In this document: in pieces, positions 33,230 to 43,577 of the stretch
Numbering within the stretch: position 1 is the stretch's first letter
Layout of the letters: every line of letters starts with the position of its first letter
Notes under the pieces: model-generated
What the model was told of the DNA's origin: nothing
Database searches by the model: none
The model's input: only the letters and a program-made list of their open reading frames with translations
Program-made: the position numbers and the translations under genes
Source: an uncultured Alphaproteobacteria bacterium
GTDB taxonomy: Bacteria > Pseudomonadota > Alphaproteobacteria > UBA6615
Direction: 5' to 3'
Length of the DNA stretch: 64,000 nt
Assembly (NCBI GenBank): GCA_964276015.1
Contig: CAXYDO010000013.1
Coordinates: 25,305-89,304 of the forward strand

Positions 33230-34201
33230 ATCAGTTACACCGGCTTTCTCATGGCGGCCATCGGATTGACCCTGCTTCTGTTCTCTGCAGACTACATGGT
33301 GCGCGGCGCGGTCGGGATCGCACGGCGGATTGGTTTATCCCCCCTTGTCATCGGCCTCACCGTCGTCGCCATCGGCACCTCGGCGCCGGAACTTGTCACC
33401 ACTCTGACGGCGACCCTTGAGGGTTCGCCTGATCTTGCACTCGGCAACGTGATCGGCAGCAATCTGGCGAATATGCTTCTGATCCTCGGTATCGCGGCGC
33501 TGGTGCGGCCGGTACTTTGCGCCCCCCGGGTCATCGCCCGTGACGGCACCATGGTGCTGGCGGCCACGATTCTGTTCGTCGCGATTGCGATGACCGGCGC
33601 TTTCCTGCTGTGGCACGGCGTCGCCTTACTGGGCGGTCTCGTTTTGTATCTGGGCCTGACCTATCGCGCCGAATGCAAGACCGTGGAAGATAGCCTGCAC
33701 GCCCGTGAGAGCGAGGATGTTTCCGGGGTCCCTGACCGGGCGATGATCGCGACATTGCTGCTGGTCGGCGGCCTCATCGGTACCGTGATCGGCGCGAAGC
33801 TGCTGGTCGATGGTGGCGTCTCGGTCGCCGAATCACTGGGGGTTTCCCAAACCGTCATCGGGCTGACCCTGGTGGCGATCGGCACCAGCCTGCCCGAACT
33901 CGCTATCGTCGTGGTCGCCAGCATGCGTGGACATGGCGACGTGGCACTCGGCAACGTACTCGGCAGCAACATCTTCAACCTGCTCGGTGTCACCGGCGCG
34001 GTCGCCATCGTGGCGCCGCTTAACGTTCCGGCCTCATTGCTCGAATTTGATATCTGGCTGCTGCTCGGGGTGACCTTGCTGCTGATCCCGATGATGCTCA
34101 CCGGCGGCTGCCTGAGCCGGCGCAAGGGCATCGTACTAGTCCTGCTTTATGTCGGCTTTCTGGCTCTCCAGGTCGAAAGTGTACGCAGTCTGGTTCTGTA
34201 G
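33230..34201 (+). CDS. CaCA (YrbG-like) Na+/Ca2+ antiporter; start uncertain
   Basis: GTSAPE and GTSLPE alpha repeats, GNVIGSN twice; ATC after GGAG, or ATG at 33164/33251. Confidence 0.92.
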   Translation: MSYTGFLMAAIGLTLLLFSADYMVRGAVGIARRIGLSPLVIGLTVVAIGTSAPELVTTLTATLEGSPDLALGNVIGSNLANMLLILGIAALVRPVLCAPRVIARDGTMVLAATILFVAIAMTGAFLLWHGVALLGGLVLYLGLTYRAECKTVEDSLHARESEDVSGVPDRAMIATLLLVGGLIGTVIGAKLLVDGGVSVAESLGVSQTVIGLTLVAIGTSLPELAIVVVASMRGHGDVALGNVLGSNIFNLLGVTGAVAIVAPLNVPASLLEFDIWLLLGVTLLLIPMMLTGGCLSRRKGIVLVLLYVGFLALQVESVRSLVL

Positions 34202-34411
34202 TCGGGTACCACTCATTCGGTTTGATGCCACTTCAAACCCATGACATCCTGCCTATAAATTAGGCAAACACAAAAACCTGTAATGTTTTCCGCGAGGAGC
34301 CACATATCGGGCCGGAAAACTACACAGACTTATCCACGAGAACCGGGGATAAGGTGGTGAACCATTCACCGGTTGTGAACCGACCCATCCGACAGGTATT
34401 TAGCGTGATCT

Positions 34412-36436
34412 ATGACTGATAGCGCAACCACCGACGACACACCTGAGTTGCCCGATCCCCTATCAGGGAACGGGGTAGAGGCTATCCGCGCCCGTTTGCG
34501 GACCCTGCCTGAGGGTCCTGGCGTCTATCGCATGCTGAACGAAAAGGGCGATGCGCTCTATGTCGGCAAGGCGCGCAACCTCAAACGACGGGTGACCAAT
34601 TACACCCAGCTCAGCCGGCTGCCGTACCGCCTACAACGCATGGTCGCCGAGACCGTCGAGCTCGAAATCGTCACCACCCATACCGAAGCCGAAGCGCTGC
34701 TGCTCGAATCCAACCTGATCAAGCGCCTGGCCCCCCGCTACAACGTGCTGCTCCGCGACGACAAAAGCTTTCCCTACATTCTGGTGACCAAGCATCTCGA
34801 TCGGCAAACCAGCAAGACAGGTGCCCGTCCCACCACCCGCGCGGCAAGGGAAGAACAGAAGACGCGCCGTCAAAGCCACACCGGTCCTGATCCCGCCGAC
34901 TGGCCCGGCGTGGTCAAATATCGTGGCGCGCGCACTCTGCCCGGAGAGTATTTCGGCCCGTTCGCCTCCGCCGGGGCGGTCAACCGGACCCTCAACGCGC
35001 TGGAGCGCGCCTTCCTCCTGCGCAGCTGTTCGGACTCGATCTTCTCGGGCCGCTCCCGTCCCTGCCTCAAATACCAGCTGAAGCGCTGTGCAGCGCCCTG
35101 CGTCGGCTACGTGTCCAAAGACGAATACGGCGTCCTGATCGAACAGGCCCGAAGCTTTCTGACCGGCAAGTCCCGGGAGATCCAGGAAGAGCTGGCAAGC
35201 GAGATGCAGAAGGCCTCCGATCAGACTGAATTCGAGGCTGCGGCCCGATTCCGAGACCGCATCCGCGCGATGACCCAGATTCAGTCGCATCAGGACATCA
35301 ATATCGAGAACCTGGATATCCGTGACGCCGATATCGTCGCCGCCGACGAAGACGGCGGCCGCATCTGCATCCAGGTGTTCTTCTTCCGGGCTGGGCGTAA
35401 TAACGGCAACCGGGCCTATTTTCCGCGCCACGACAAGACGGTAGCGATAGAGGAGGTGCTCGCGGCGTTTCTCGGCCAGTTCTACGAGAACAAACCGGCC
35501 CCGCCGGTGGTTCTGCTAAGCCACAAGCCCGCCGAGATCGAGCTGATCGCCGAAGCGCTGGGGGTGCGCGCCGAGCGCAAGGTGAACATGGCCGTGCCCC
35601 AACGAGGCGCGAAGCGAAAGCTGGTCGAACACGCCCGCACTAATGCCCGCGACGCCCTGCAGCGCCGCCAAGCCGAAAGCGCCACCACCCGCGACCTGAT
35701 CGCCCAGGTCGGCGAGCTCTTCGGGCTCGATGGCCCGCCCCAGCGGATTGAGGTCTACGACAATTCTCATGTCCAGGGTGCCCACGCGACCGGGGCCATG
35801 ATCGTGGCCGGGCCCGACGGTTTCATCAAACCAGCCTATCGCCGCTTCAACATGCGCGGGGCCGCAACCGCCACCCAGGAGGGCTACAATCCGGGCGACG
35901 ATTTCGCGATGATGAACGAGGTTCTTACCCGTCGGTTCTCCCGAGCCCTCAAGGAAGACCCGGACCGCAGCAAGGGCCAGTGGCCGGACTTAATCCTGAT
36001 CGATGGCGGCAAAGGCCAGCTCACCTCGGTACTCAACGCGCTGGAAGAACTCAGCATCGATGACGTGGCAATGGTCGGGATTGCCAAAGGGCCGGACCGG
36101 GACGCCGGTCGGGAAAGATTCTTCCTGGTCGATGGGGATCCGGATGGTTTTCAGCTGCCGCCCCGCGATCCCGTGCTCTACTACCTGCAACGCCTGCGTG
36201 ATGAAGCCCATCGTTTCGTGATCGGCGGCCACCGTCAGAAACGTTCGCGGGCGATCACCCAAAACCCTCTCGACGAGATTTTGGGCATCGGCGCCCGCCG
36301 CAAACGCGCCCTGTTGACCCATTTCGGATCGGCCCGTGCCGTTTCCGAGGCAGGGCTGCAGGATCTCGAAAAGGTGGACGGAATCAACAATACCGTGGCA
36401 CGTCGTATCTACGACTTCTTCCACACCGCCAGCTGA
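34412..36436 (+). CDS. uvrC: excinuclease ABC subunit C
   Basis: PGVYRM..LYVGKA GIY-YIG, IEVYDNSH, LIDGGKGQ, RDEAHRF, HhH. Confidence 0.98.
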   Translation: MTDSATTDDTPELPDPLSGNGVEAIRARLRTLPEGPGVYRMLNEKGDALYVGKARNLKRRVTNYTQLSRLPYRLQRMVAETVELEIVTTHTEAEALLLESNLIKRLAPRYNVLLRDDKSFPYILVTKHLDRQTSKTGARPTTRAAREEQKTRRQSHTGPDPADWPGVVKYRGARTLPGEYFGPFASAGAVNRTLNALERAFLLRSCSDSIFSGRSRPCLKYQLKRCAAPCVGYVSKDEYGVLIEQARSFLTGKSREIQEELASEMQKASDQTEFEAAARFRDRIRAMTQIQSHQDINIENLDIRDADIVAADEDGGRICIQVFFFRAGRNNGNRAYFPRHDKTVAIEEVLAAFLGQFYENKPAPPVVLLSHKPAEIELIAEALGVRAERKVNMAVPQRGAKRKLVEHARTNARDALQRRQAESATTRDLIAQVGELFGLDGPPQRIEVYDNSHVQGAHATGAMIVAGPDGFIKPAYRRFNMRGAATATQEGYNPGDDFAMMNEVLTRRFSRALKEDPDRSKGQWPDLILIDGGKGQLTSVLNALEELSIDDVAMVGIAKGPDRDAGRERFFLVDGDPDGFQLPPRDPVLYYLQRLRDEAHRFVIGGHRQKRSRAITQNPLDEILGIGARRKRALLTHFGSARAVSEAGLQDLEKVDGINNTVARRIYDFFHTAS

Positions 36437-36461
36437 AATTCCGGCGAACGGACCCAATGCG

Positions 36462-37019
36462 ATGACCATTCCTAATACCCTGACCTTTGCGAGAGTCGCC
36501 CTGATCCCGCTCCTGCTGGTTTTGTTGTTTCTCGACGGCGACACCATGCGCTGGTGGGCGCTGGCCCTGTATCTGACACTCGCGGTGACCGATTATCTCG
36601 ACGGCTATCTCGCGCGGGTGTTGAACCAGCAGAGCGAACTCGGGGCGCTGATCGACCCGATCGCCGACAAGATCCTTGTCGCCGCACTGATCGTGGCGCT
36701 GGTGGGCAGTGGCGACATCGCGCGCTGGGACATTGCTGCCGCGATCCTGGTGCTCAGCCGTGAATTCCTGGTCTCGGGCCTACGTGAATTTCTAGCCCAG
36801 CGTGACCTCCCGCTGCTGGTCACGAAACTCGCGAAATGGAAAACCACGATCCAGCTTATCGCGATCGCCTTCTTTATCCTGCCTCCTCTGGACATCGCCA
36901 ACCAGGCCCTGTTCGCCTCTTCCGTGTGGTGGATCGCAACCCTGCTCACCCTGGTTACAGGCTACGGCTACGTCACGTCGGCCACACACCGATTGAACCA
37001 CCGTAACGCGGATCAATAA
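36462..37019 (+). CDS. pgsA: CDP-diacylglycerol--glycerol-3-phosphate 3-phosphatidyltransferase
   Basis: PNTLTFAR, TDYLDGYLAR, GALIDPIADK; follows uvrC. Confidence 0.93.
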   Translation: MTIPNTLTFARVALIPLLLVLLFLDGDTMRWWALALYLTLAVTDYLDGYLARVLNQQSELGALIDPIADKILVAALIVALVGSGDIARWDIAAAILVLSREFLVSGLREFLAQRDLPLLVTKLAKWKTTIQLIAIAFFILPPLDIANQALFASSVWWIATLLTLVTGYGYVTSATHRLNHRNADQ

Positions 37020-37020
37020 G

Positions 37021-37542
37021 ATGAAGGTCGCAGGCATCGTCGGCTGGCACGACAGCGGCAAGACCACGTTGCTGATCGCCGTGGTCCAGGAACTGGTTGC
37101 GCGCGGCCACACGGTCTCCACCATCAAACACGCCCATCATGGATTCGACGTGGACCGGCCAGGCAAGGATTCATGGCAGCACCGCGAAGCAGGCGCTTCC
37201 GAGGTCATGGTCGGGTCGGCCAAGCGCTGGGCCCTGATGCACGAACTTCGCGGGGCCACGGAACCCGGCCTCGATGAGCTTCTGGCCCAGATGAATCCGG
37301 TCGACATTGTCCTGGTCGAAGGGTTTAAATACACGGGTCACGACAAGATCGAGGTCTACCGCGCCGGTCTTGAAGAGCCCCCCATGGTGCACAATCTTTC
37401 GGGAATTGTTGCCTTCGCCAGCGATAACTCCATCGACGATATCGACCCCACGGTCACCAAACTGGATAGCGCGAACGCTCCAGGCGTGGCGGATTTCATT
37501 GAGCATCACTGGGCGCTTACCCGTCCCGCCCGGAGCGCCTGA
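37021..37542 (+). CDS. mobB: molybdopterin-guanine dinucleotide biosynthesis protein B
   Basis: GWHDSGKTT, IKHAHH, PGKDS, VEGFK. Confidence 0.93.
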   Translation: MKVAGIVGWHDSGKTTLLIAVVQELVARGHTVSTIKHAHHGFDVDRPGKDSWQHREAGASEVMVGSAKRWALMHELRGATEPGLDELLAQMNPVDIVLVEGFKYTGHDKIEVYRAGLEEPPMVHNLSGIVAFASDNSIDDIDPTVTKLDSANAPGVADFIEHHWALTRPARSA

Positions 37543-37544
37543 TC

Positions 37545-38822
37545 GTGGCCCAACTCTCTGATGACTGCTTTGTACCCGGGGAAGGCCTGATTGCCGCCGA
37601 TGTCGCTCTGAAACAACTCGATGACCGCCTGACCTGTGTTGTCGGAACCGAGACCGTATCCCTGCGCGATGCCACGGGACGGTTTCTGGCCCGGGATGTG
37701 ATCGCGGAACGGGATGTCCCGCCTCACGACAATTCCGCCGTCGACGGATACGCGGTGTATTTCAACGATTTGGCGACTGATGGCGACACGAAATTGCCGC
37801 TGGTCGGACGTGTCGCCGCGGGACAAAGTTTGGGACACGCGGTCGAACGCGGCACCGCATTGCGCATCTTCACCGGGGCCCCAATACCAGGTGGACCCGA
37901 CGGCCCCGACACGGTGCTAATGCAGGAAGACTGCGAAACCCTTGAGGCCGATGGCACAACAACAGTCAGCATTCCAACCGGAATCGCAAAGGGTGCGAAC
38001 CGCCGAGCCCGCGGCGAAGATATAACCTGCGGCCAGACAGTGCTCCGCGCCGGCACCCGATTGCGCCCGCAGGATATCGGCCTGGCCGCCTCGCTCGGTC
38101 TGTCAGAACTGGACGTTTACGCCCGGCTGGTGGTCGGTGTGATGTCGACCGGTGACGAAGTCGTCGATCCGGGACAACCAGTACAAGACGGTCATATCTA
38201 TGACGCCAACCGGCACGCCCTGATGGCCGTGCTCTCAGACCTCGGCTGCACCATTCGCGATTTCGGAATTGTGCCCGATGATGCCGACCAAATCGCCGAG
38301 ACCCTGAAGCAGGCGGCAGAAAATTGCGATGCCATCCTCTCGACCGCGGGCATGTCCGTCGGCGAAGAAGACCATCTCGCCAACACTATTCGCGCCCATG
38401 GGACCCTGCATTTCTGGAAAGTCGCGATCAAACCCGGGCGGCCGATCGCCTTTGGGCAAATCGGACACACGCCGTTCATTGGCCTGCCTGGAAACCCCGC
38501 CGCGATGATGGTCACCTTCCTGCGCATGGCGCGACCTGCCCTGCTCAAGCTGGCGGGCGCAACAACCCTGAAGCCGCGGCTCTATCCGGTACGCGCCGGA
38601 TTCACTCATCAGAAGAAGGCGCGTCGCGTTGAATATGTGCGGGTGCATCTGGAAGACGGCGAAGACGGCATTCCGGTGGCCCGCAAATTCCCCCGAAGTG
38701 GTGCGGGAATCCTGTCATCCCTTGTCGGATCAGACGGGCTGGTTGAATTGCCCGAGGAGATGACCCAACTTTCGGAGGGAACAATGGTATCCTACTTGCC
38801 CTTTACGGAAGTCGCTCGATGA
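37545..38822 (+). CDS. moeA: molybdopterin molybdotransferase
   Basis: NSAVDGYAV, RIFTGA, STGDE, IKPGRP, GLPGNP. Confidence 0.95.
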   Translation: MAQLSDDCFVPGEGLIAADVALKQLDDRLTCVVGTETVSLRDATGRFLARDVIAERDVPPHDNSAVDGYAVYFNDLATDGDTKLPLVGRVAAGQSLGHAVERGTALRIFTGAPIPGGPDGPDTVLMQEDCETLEADGTTTVSIPTGIAKGANRRARGEDITCGQTVLRAGTRLRPQDIGLAASLGLSELDVYARLVVGVMSTGDEVVDPGQPVQDGHIYDANRHALMAVLSDLGCTIRDFGIVPDDADQIAETLKQAAENCDAILSTAGMSVGEEDHLANTIRAHGTLHFWKVAIKPGRPIAFGQIGHTPFIGLPGNPAAMMVTFLRMARPALLKLAGATTLKPRLYPVRAGFTHQKKARRVEYVRVHLEDGEDGIPVARKFPRSGAGILSSLVGSDGLVELPEEMTQLSEGTMVSYLPFTEVAR

Positions 38823-39070
38823 AGATCCTTTACTTTGCCTGGATGCGCCAACGCATCGGCACCTCGAGCGAGGAAATCGACCTCCCCGCGAATGTTGCCA
38901 CGGTGGACGAACTTATCGATTGGCTAATAGCCAAAGGCGACGGCTACCGGGGCGCGTTTGTGAAACGCGAGGTCATTCGGGCCGCGGTCAACCAGGACTA
39001 CGTCAAATTCGACCATCCAGTCGCCGACAATGACGAGATCGCGTTTTTCCCACCCGTGACCGGCGGCTAA
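38819..39070 (+). CDS. moaD: molybdopterin synthase sulfur carrier subunit
   Basis: YFAW at N-terminus; FFPPVTGG at C-terminus. Confidence 0.95.
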   Translation: MKILYFAWMRQRIGTSSEEIDLPANVATVDELIDWLIAKGDGYRGAFVKREVIRAAVNQDYVKFDHPVADNDEIAFFPPVTGG

Positions 39071-39083
39071 AGGGCACGTTTCG

Positions 39084-39563
39084 ATGATCCGGGTCCAACA
39101 GGAAGATTTTGATATCGGCGCCGAACTGGCCGCCCTGAGCGCGGGCGACACCACGATCGGCGGCGTGGCGAGTTTCACGGGGCTGGTTCGCGACATGACA
39201 CCGATTGAGGGCGCGGACCGCAGTATTTCGACCATGACCCTGGAACACTATCCGGGCATGACCGAGAAAAAGCTCTCCGAGATCGAAGCCGAAGCCAATC
39301 AGCGCTGGCCGCTTGCGGCAAGCCTGATCATCCACCGCTACGGCACGCTGGCGCCCGGGGATCAGATCGTACTCGTCGCCTGTGCTTCAGCACACCGACA
39401 GGCCGCGTTCGATGCCTGCCAGTTCCTGATGGACTGGCTGAAGACGGATGCCCCGTTCTGGAAACTGGAAGACACCGACACTGGCGGTGTCTGGGTTGAA
39501 GCGCGCGATTCCGATGACGCGGCGGCGGCGCACTGGAGCAAAGACCCCAGCGACGCGGCTTAA
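39084..39563 (+). CDS. moaE: molybdopterin synthase catalytic subunit
   Basis: LEHYPGM, IHRYG, SAHR, LKTDAPFWKLE. Confidence 0.95.
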   Translation: MIRVQQEDFDIGAELAALSAGDTTIGGVASFTGLVRDMTPIEGADRSISTMTLEHYPGMTEKKLSEIEAEANQRWPLAASLIIHRYGTLAPGDQIVLVACASAHRQAAFDACQFLMDWLKTDAPFWKLEDTDTGGVWVEARDSDDAAAAHWSKDPSDAA

Positions 39564-39573
39564 TCCGTTTGAG

Positions 39574-40473
39574 CTATTCGGCCGCCACAGCCTCGGCGCG
39601 GCCGGTCACCAGATTGTCGTAATCCTGCATCAGATTGCGGGTGATTTCGCCAACCACGAAAGTGTGGTCTTCGGCGATCTGCGCGATCGGTGTAACTTCT
39701 GCCGCGGTGCCGGTCACAAACATCTCGCTCGCATCGCTCAGCTCTTCGGGCATGATCGCGCGCTCAATTACCTCGTAGCCCCGCGCCTTGGCGAGCTTGA
39801 TCACGGTCTGTCGGGTGATCCCGTTGAGGAAACAATCCGCCTTCGGCGTGTGAATTTTGTCGTCCATCACCAGGAACATATTCGCGCCCGTGGTCTCGGC
39901 CAGCTGGCCGCGCCAATCGAGCATCAGCGCGTCTGCGTAGCCGTTTGCTTCTGCTGCGTGCTTGGACAAAGTGCAGATCATGTAAAGACCGGCTGCTTTG
40001 GCATGGACCGGCTGGGTCTTGGGATCGGGGCGGTTGTAGATCGCCCAGTCGAGATTGATACCCTTCATCCGCGCTTCCGGGCTGAAATAGGACGGCCACT
40101 GCCAAACGGCGAGGCCCACATGGATTTTGCAGTTCTGAGCTGAAACTCCCATCTGTTCCGGCCCGCGCCAGGCGGCCGGACGAAGATAGGCATCCTCATA
40201 GCCCGCTTTCCCCAGCGCGTCGCGGCTCACCGCATCCAGTTCGGCAACCGTGTAAGGAATCTCGAAACCGAGCATCCCGGCGGACGCATGCAGCCGCTCA
40301 TTATGGGCCGTCAGCTCGAAGATCTCGCCGTTATAAGCGCGCATGCCCTCGAAGACACAGGAGGCGTAATGCAAGGCGTGGCTCAAATAATGCACCTTGG
40401 CATCGCGCCACGGCACAAATGCGCCATCCATCCAGATTACGCCATCACGATCGTCATAAGGGGCTTCTTGCAT
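39574..40473 (-). CDS. ilvE: branched-chain amino acid aminotransferase
   Basis: HALHYASCVFEG, AKAAGLY, LNGITR, TGTAAEVTP; start MQEAPYDDRDG. Confidence 0.95.
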   Translation of the reverse strand: MQEAPYDDRDGVIWMDGAFVPWRDAKVHYLSHALHYASCVFEGMRAYNGEIFELTAHNERLHASAGMLGFEIPYTVAELDAVSRDALGKAGYEDAYLRPAAWRGPEQMGVSAQNCKIHVGLAVWQWPSYFSPEARMKGINLDWAIYNRPDPKTQPVHAKAAGLYMICTLSKHAAEANGYADALMLDWRGQLAETTGANMFLVMDDKIHTPKADCFLNGITRQTVIKLAKARGYEVIERAIMPEELSDASEMFVTGTAAEVTPIAQIAEDHTFVVGEITRNLMQDYDNLVTGRAEAVAAE

Positions 40474-40563
40474 CTCTCGGTTCCTTGAAACATTCGGACT
40501 TACGTAGCCTGCCCGGAGACAAATAATTCCGCAACAAGCTTGCGTTACGTAACATTGAGCTAT

Positions 40564-40591
40564 AATTAAGTCAACATGGTTGACCTTAATT
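40564..40591. promoter_or_regulatory. inverted repeat over the petP start codon, probable operator
   Basis: AATTAA-GTCAAC-ATG-GTTGAC-C-TTAATT; TATAAT at 40561. Confidence 0.6.
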
Positions 40592-41082
40592 CGAGTGCCG
40601 TTTCTGCTCCCCTTCGCGAGGAGGATCTGCGCCAGGGCATCGAGCTTCTGTTCTATGGATACCGGGACTTCACCGGAGAGCCCGACGCCATTCTGGACAA
40701 ATACGACCTCGGACGGGCACATCACCGCGTGATCTATTTTGTCGGTCGCAACCCGGGCATCACCATCACCGAGCTGTTGGAAATCCTCCGCATTACCAAG
40801 CAAAGCCTTTCACGCGTGCTGGGCCATCTTCTCGAAACCGACTTCATCCACCAGCGCGCCGACCCTGCTGATCGACGGCGTAAGCAACTCACCCTGTCAG
40901 ACAAAGGGAAAGCTCTCGAGCACGAGCTGACTTCCGTTCAGATGGAACGGTTTGCCCACGCTTATCGCGACGCGGGGGCGGAAGCAGTTGAAGGATTTCG
41001 TCGCGTGCTGATCGGCATCATCAACCCGGAAGACCGCGCCCGGGTTCGTCCCACCACCGTGCGCACGACGAACCGCCGTTGA
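40576..41082 (+). CDS. petP: MarR family regulator (PetP-like)
   Basis: IELLFYGYRDFT, GRAHHR, ITKQSLSRVL, DRRRKQL. Confidence 0.85.
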   Translation: MVDLNSSAVSAPLREEDLRQGIELLFYGYRDFTGEPDAILDKYDLGRAHHRVIYFVGRNPGITITELLEILRITKQSLSRVLGHLLETDFIHQRADPADRRRKQLTLSDKGKALEHELTSVQMERFAHAYRDAGAEAVEGFRRVLIGIINPEDRARVRPTTVRTTNRR

Positions 41083-41158
41083 CCCGCGAAGCATCAGCTC
41101 AAAAAGGCTCTGCCGAGACAGGCGATGTCTGTACAATTGCGGGGTATAGTTGGCCCTG

Positions 41159-41839
41159 ATGGAAGAAAGCTCCCACATTCTCGTCGTCGATGACGACCGC
41201 CGGTTGCGCGAACTACTACAGAAATTTCTGACAGATAGCGGATTCCGGGTCACCACGGCCGAAAGCGCCGCCGACGCGCGCGAGAAGCTCCTGAGCATCC
41301 AGTTCGATCTGCTCGTCCTCGATCTGATGATGCCGGGAGAAAGTGGATTGTCTTTGACCAGCGGTTTGCGGGAGACCAATTCCGTCCCGATCCTCCTGCT
41401 GACCGCCATGGGCGAACCGGAAGACCGAATCGACGGCCTCGAACGTGGCGCCGACGACTATCTGACCAAACCGTTCGAACCCCGGGAGCTGGTTGCCCGG
41501 ATTCGCTCGATCCTGCGCCGGGCGGGTGTGGTCCAGAGCGCGGTCTCAGAATTCCACTTTGGCTCGTTCACCTATGATTCCCAACGGCAGATCCTGACAG
41601 GTCCCGACGGCATGGTCCCCCTGACCGGCGCCGAGGCGCGGCTTCTCGATGTCCTGGCCAAATCACCTGGGATACCGGTCAGCCGAACAGACCTGCAGCA
41701 GGAAAGTGGAATCACCGGCAGTGCCCGTGCTGTGGATGTTCAGGTGACCCGACTTCGGCGTAAGATCGAACCCAACCCTCCGACCCCGCGCTATTTGCAG
41801 ACTATGCGGGGGCAAGGCTACGTTTTATGGCCGGACTAG
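41159..41839 (+). CDS. OmpR family response regulator (PetR-like)
   Basis: ILVVDDD, LDLMMPG, DDYLTKPF, winged helix VDVQVTRLRRKIE. Confidence 0.93.
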   Translation: MEESSHILVVDDDRRLRELLQKFLTDSGFRVTTAESAADAREKLLSIQFDLLVLDLMMPGESGLSLTSGLRETNSVPILLLTAMGEPEDRIDGLERGADDYLTKPFEPRELVARIRSILRRAGVVQSAVSEFHFGSFTYDSQRQILTGPDGMVPLTGAEARLLDVLAKSPGIPVSRTDLQQESGITGSARAVDVQVTRLRRKIEPNPPTPRYLQTMRGQGYVLWPD

Positions 41840-41860
41840 CCCCATGCCACAGGGACGCCC

Positions 41861-43213
41861 ATGTCGCTGCTAAATGACATTCTGCGAGTGCCCTGCATTC
41901 TGCGCCTGTCGCTGAAACGCCTTTTGCCGCGCGGCCTGCTCGCGCGCTCACTCCTGATCATTGTCGTGCCCCTGGTTTTGTTGCAGGTCGTAAGTGGTAT
42001 TATTTTCTACGACCGGCACTGGTCAAATGTCAGCCGCCACCGGGCCAACGCCCTGGCGGGAGACATCGCCATGGTTCTCGAACTGGTCGACAAGGGCGGG
42101 ATCAATAGTAACCAGCGCGCGGTCTTCAACCTCGCGCGGCGAACCCTCGATCTGATCATCAAATTCGAGCCCGATGCAATTTTGTCCAATGTCGAGTTCG
42201 TGCCGTCGGGCAATCTCGAAACCACTCTGGCACGCTCGATCAACGAAATAGTCCAGCGTCCCGTAATCATCGACAGCACCAGCACTCATGATCGCGTTGT
42301 CATCGACGTCCAGCTCCCCTCGGGCGTGCTTCAGGTTTCAGCAAACGAAGAACGGCTGATCAGTTCGACCACCAAAATATTCATCCTCTGGATGATTGGC
42401 ACCTCGCTGATCCTGTTCGCGGTGGCCACATTGTTTATGCGCAATCAGGTCAGCCCGATCCGCCGTCTCGCCACGGCTGCCGACAATTTCGGTAAAGGCC
42501 GTGACACCCCTAATTTCAAGCCCTCCGGGGCTTCAGAGGTTCGTCAGGCCGCGAGCGCTTTCATGGCGATGCGCAGTCGTTTGGAAAGGCAGATCCAGCA
42601 GAGAACCGAAATGCTCGCCGGCGTCAGCCATGACCTGCGAACGCCGTTGACGCGCATGAAGCTGCAAATCGCCATGCTGAACTCCAACACCGAGATCGAC
42701 GAACTCAGCTCGGACGTCGCGGCAATGGAAAGCATGATTGAGGGATATCTCAACTTTGCCCGCGGCGAAGGCACCGAGGAACGCCAGTCGGTGAACGCCA
42801 CCGACCTGCTCGAAGAGGTTACCCGCGACGCAGCCCGCAACGGATCACCCGTGACCCTTAACCTGCATGACGAAGTCGAGCTTCCTTTGGCGCGCAACGC
42901 GATGCGCCGCTGCCTGACCAACCTGTTGGAAAATGCCGGTCGCCATGGCGATCAGATCGCAATGTCCGCGACACGCAATGGGCGGGTCCTCGAAATCTTC
43001 ATTGACGACAACGGGCCGGGCATCCCCGAAGAAATGCGTGAAGACGTCTTCCGTCCATTTTTCCGGCTCGATCAATCACGCAACACCGAAACCGGCGGCA
43101 CGGGGCTGGGCCTCTCCATCGCCCAGGACATCGTGCACGGCCATGGTGGTGAAATCAGCCTCGAAACCTCGCCCCTCGATGGACTTCGGGTCGTGATCCG
43201 AATACCAATCTAG
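41861..43213 (+). CDS. EnvZ-like sensor histidine kinase
   Basis: two TM helices, HAMP, SHDLRTPL H-box, N/G1/F/G2 boxes. Confidence 0.93.
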   Translation: MSLLNDILRVPCILRLSLKRLLPRGLLARSLLIIVVPLVLLQVVSGIIFYDRHWSNVSRHRANALAGDIAMVLELVDKGGINSNQRAVFNLARRTLDLIIKFEPDAILSNVEFVPSGNLETTLARSINEIVQRPVIIDSTSTHDRVVIDVQLPSGVLQVSANEERLISSTTKIFILWMIGTSLILFAVATLFMRNQVSPIRRLATAADNFGKGRDTPNFKPSGASEVRQAASAFMAMRSRLERQIQQRTEMLAGVSHDLRTPLTRMKLQIAMLNSNTEIDELSSDVAAMESMIEGYLNFARGEGTEERQSVNATDLLEEVTRDAARNGSPVTLNLHDEVELPLARNAMRRCLTNLLENAGRHGDQIAMSATRNGRVLEIFIDDNGPGIPEEMREDVFRPFFRLDQSRNTETGGTGLGLSIAQDIVHGHGGEISLETSPLDGLRVVIRIPI

Positions 43214-43237
43214 AGTTATTTCCCCACGCTACGGGGG

Positions 43238-43573
43238 TCAGAACAACCGGCCGCCATTGGGCACCGGCTTGTCGATGCCAAGCAACACCACAGCGCCATC
43301 AGGGTCGGGAAATCCAAGCACCAGAAGTTCGGACATGAACTTGCCGACCTGCTTGGGCGGAAAATTCACCACGGCGGCGACCTGACGCCCGATCAGAACG
43401 TCGGGCGTATAGTGAACGGTCAGCTGCGCCGATGTCTTACGCACGCCTATCTCCGCACCCAAATCGACCCAGAGCTTTATCGCGGGACATCGGGCTTCGG
43501 GAAAGGACTGCGCGTCGACAACCGTTCCCACCCGCACATCCACTTTCAGAAAATCATCGAACGAAATTTCCAT
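43238..43573 (-). CDS. csaA: tRNA-binding protein / export chaperone CsaA
   Basis: ISFDDFLKVDVRVG, SAQLT, VVNFPPKQVG, PNGGRLF. Confidence 0.92.
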   Translation of the reverse strand: MEISFDDFLKVDVRVGTVVDAQSFPEARCPAIKLWVDLGAEIGVRKTSAQLTVHYTPDVLIGRQVAAVVNFPPKQVGKFMSELLVLGFPDPDGAVVLLGIDKPVPNGGRLF

Positions 43574-43577
43574 CGGT

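Noticed and set aside
40474-40803. N-terminal extension of ilvE in the ORF track
   Set aside because: Overlaps the divergent petP; family similarity starts at ATG 40473. The long upstream extensions of pepF, csaA, prs and gapR were trimmed for the same reason.
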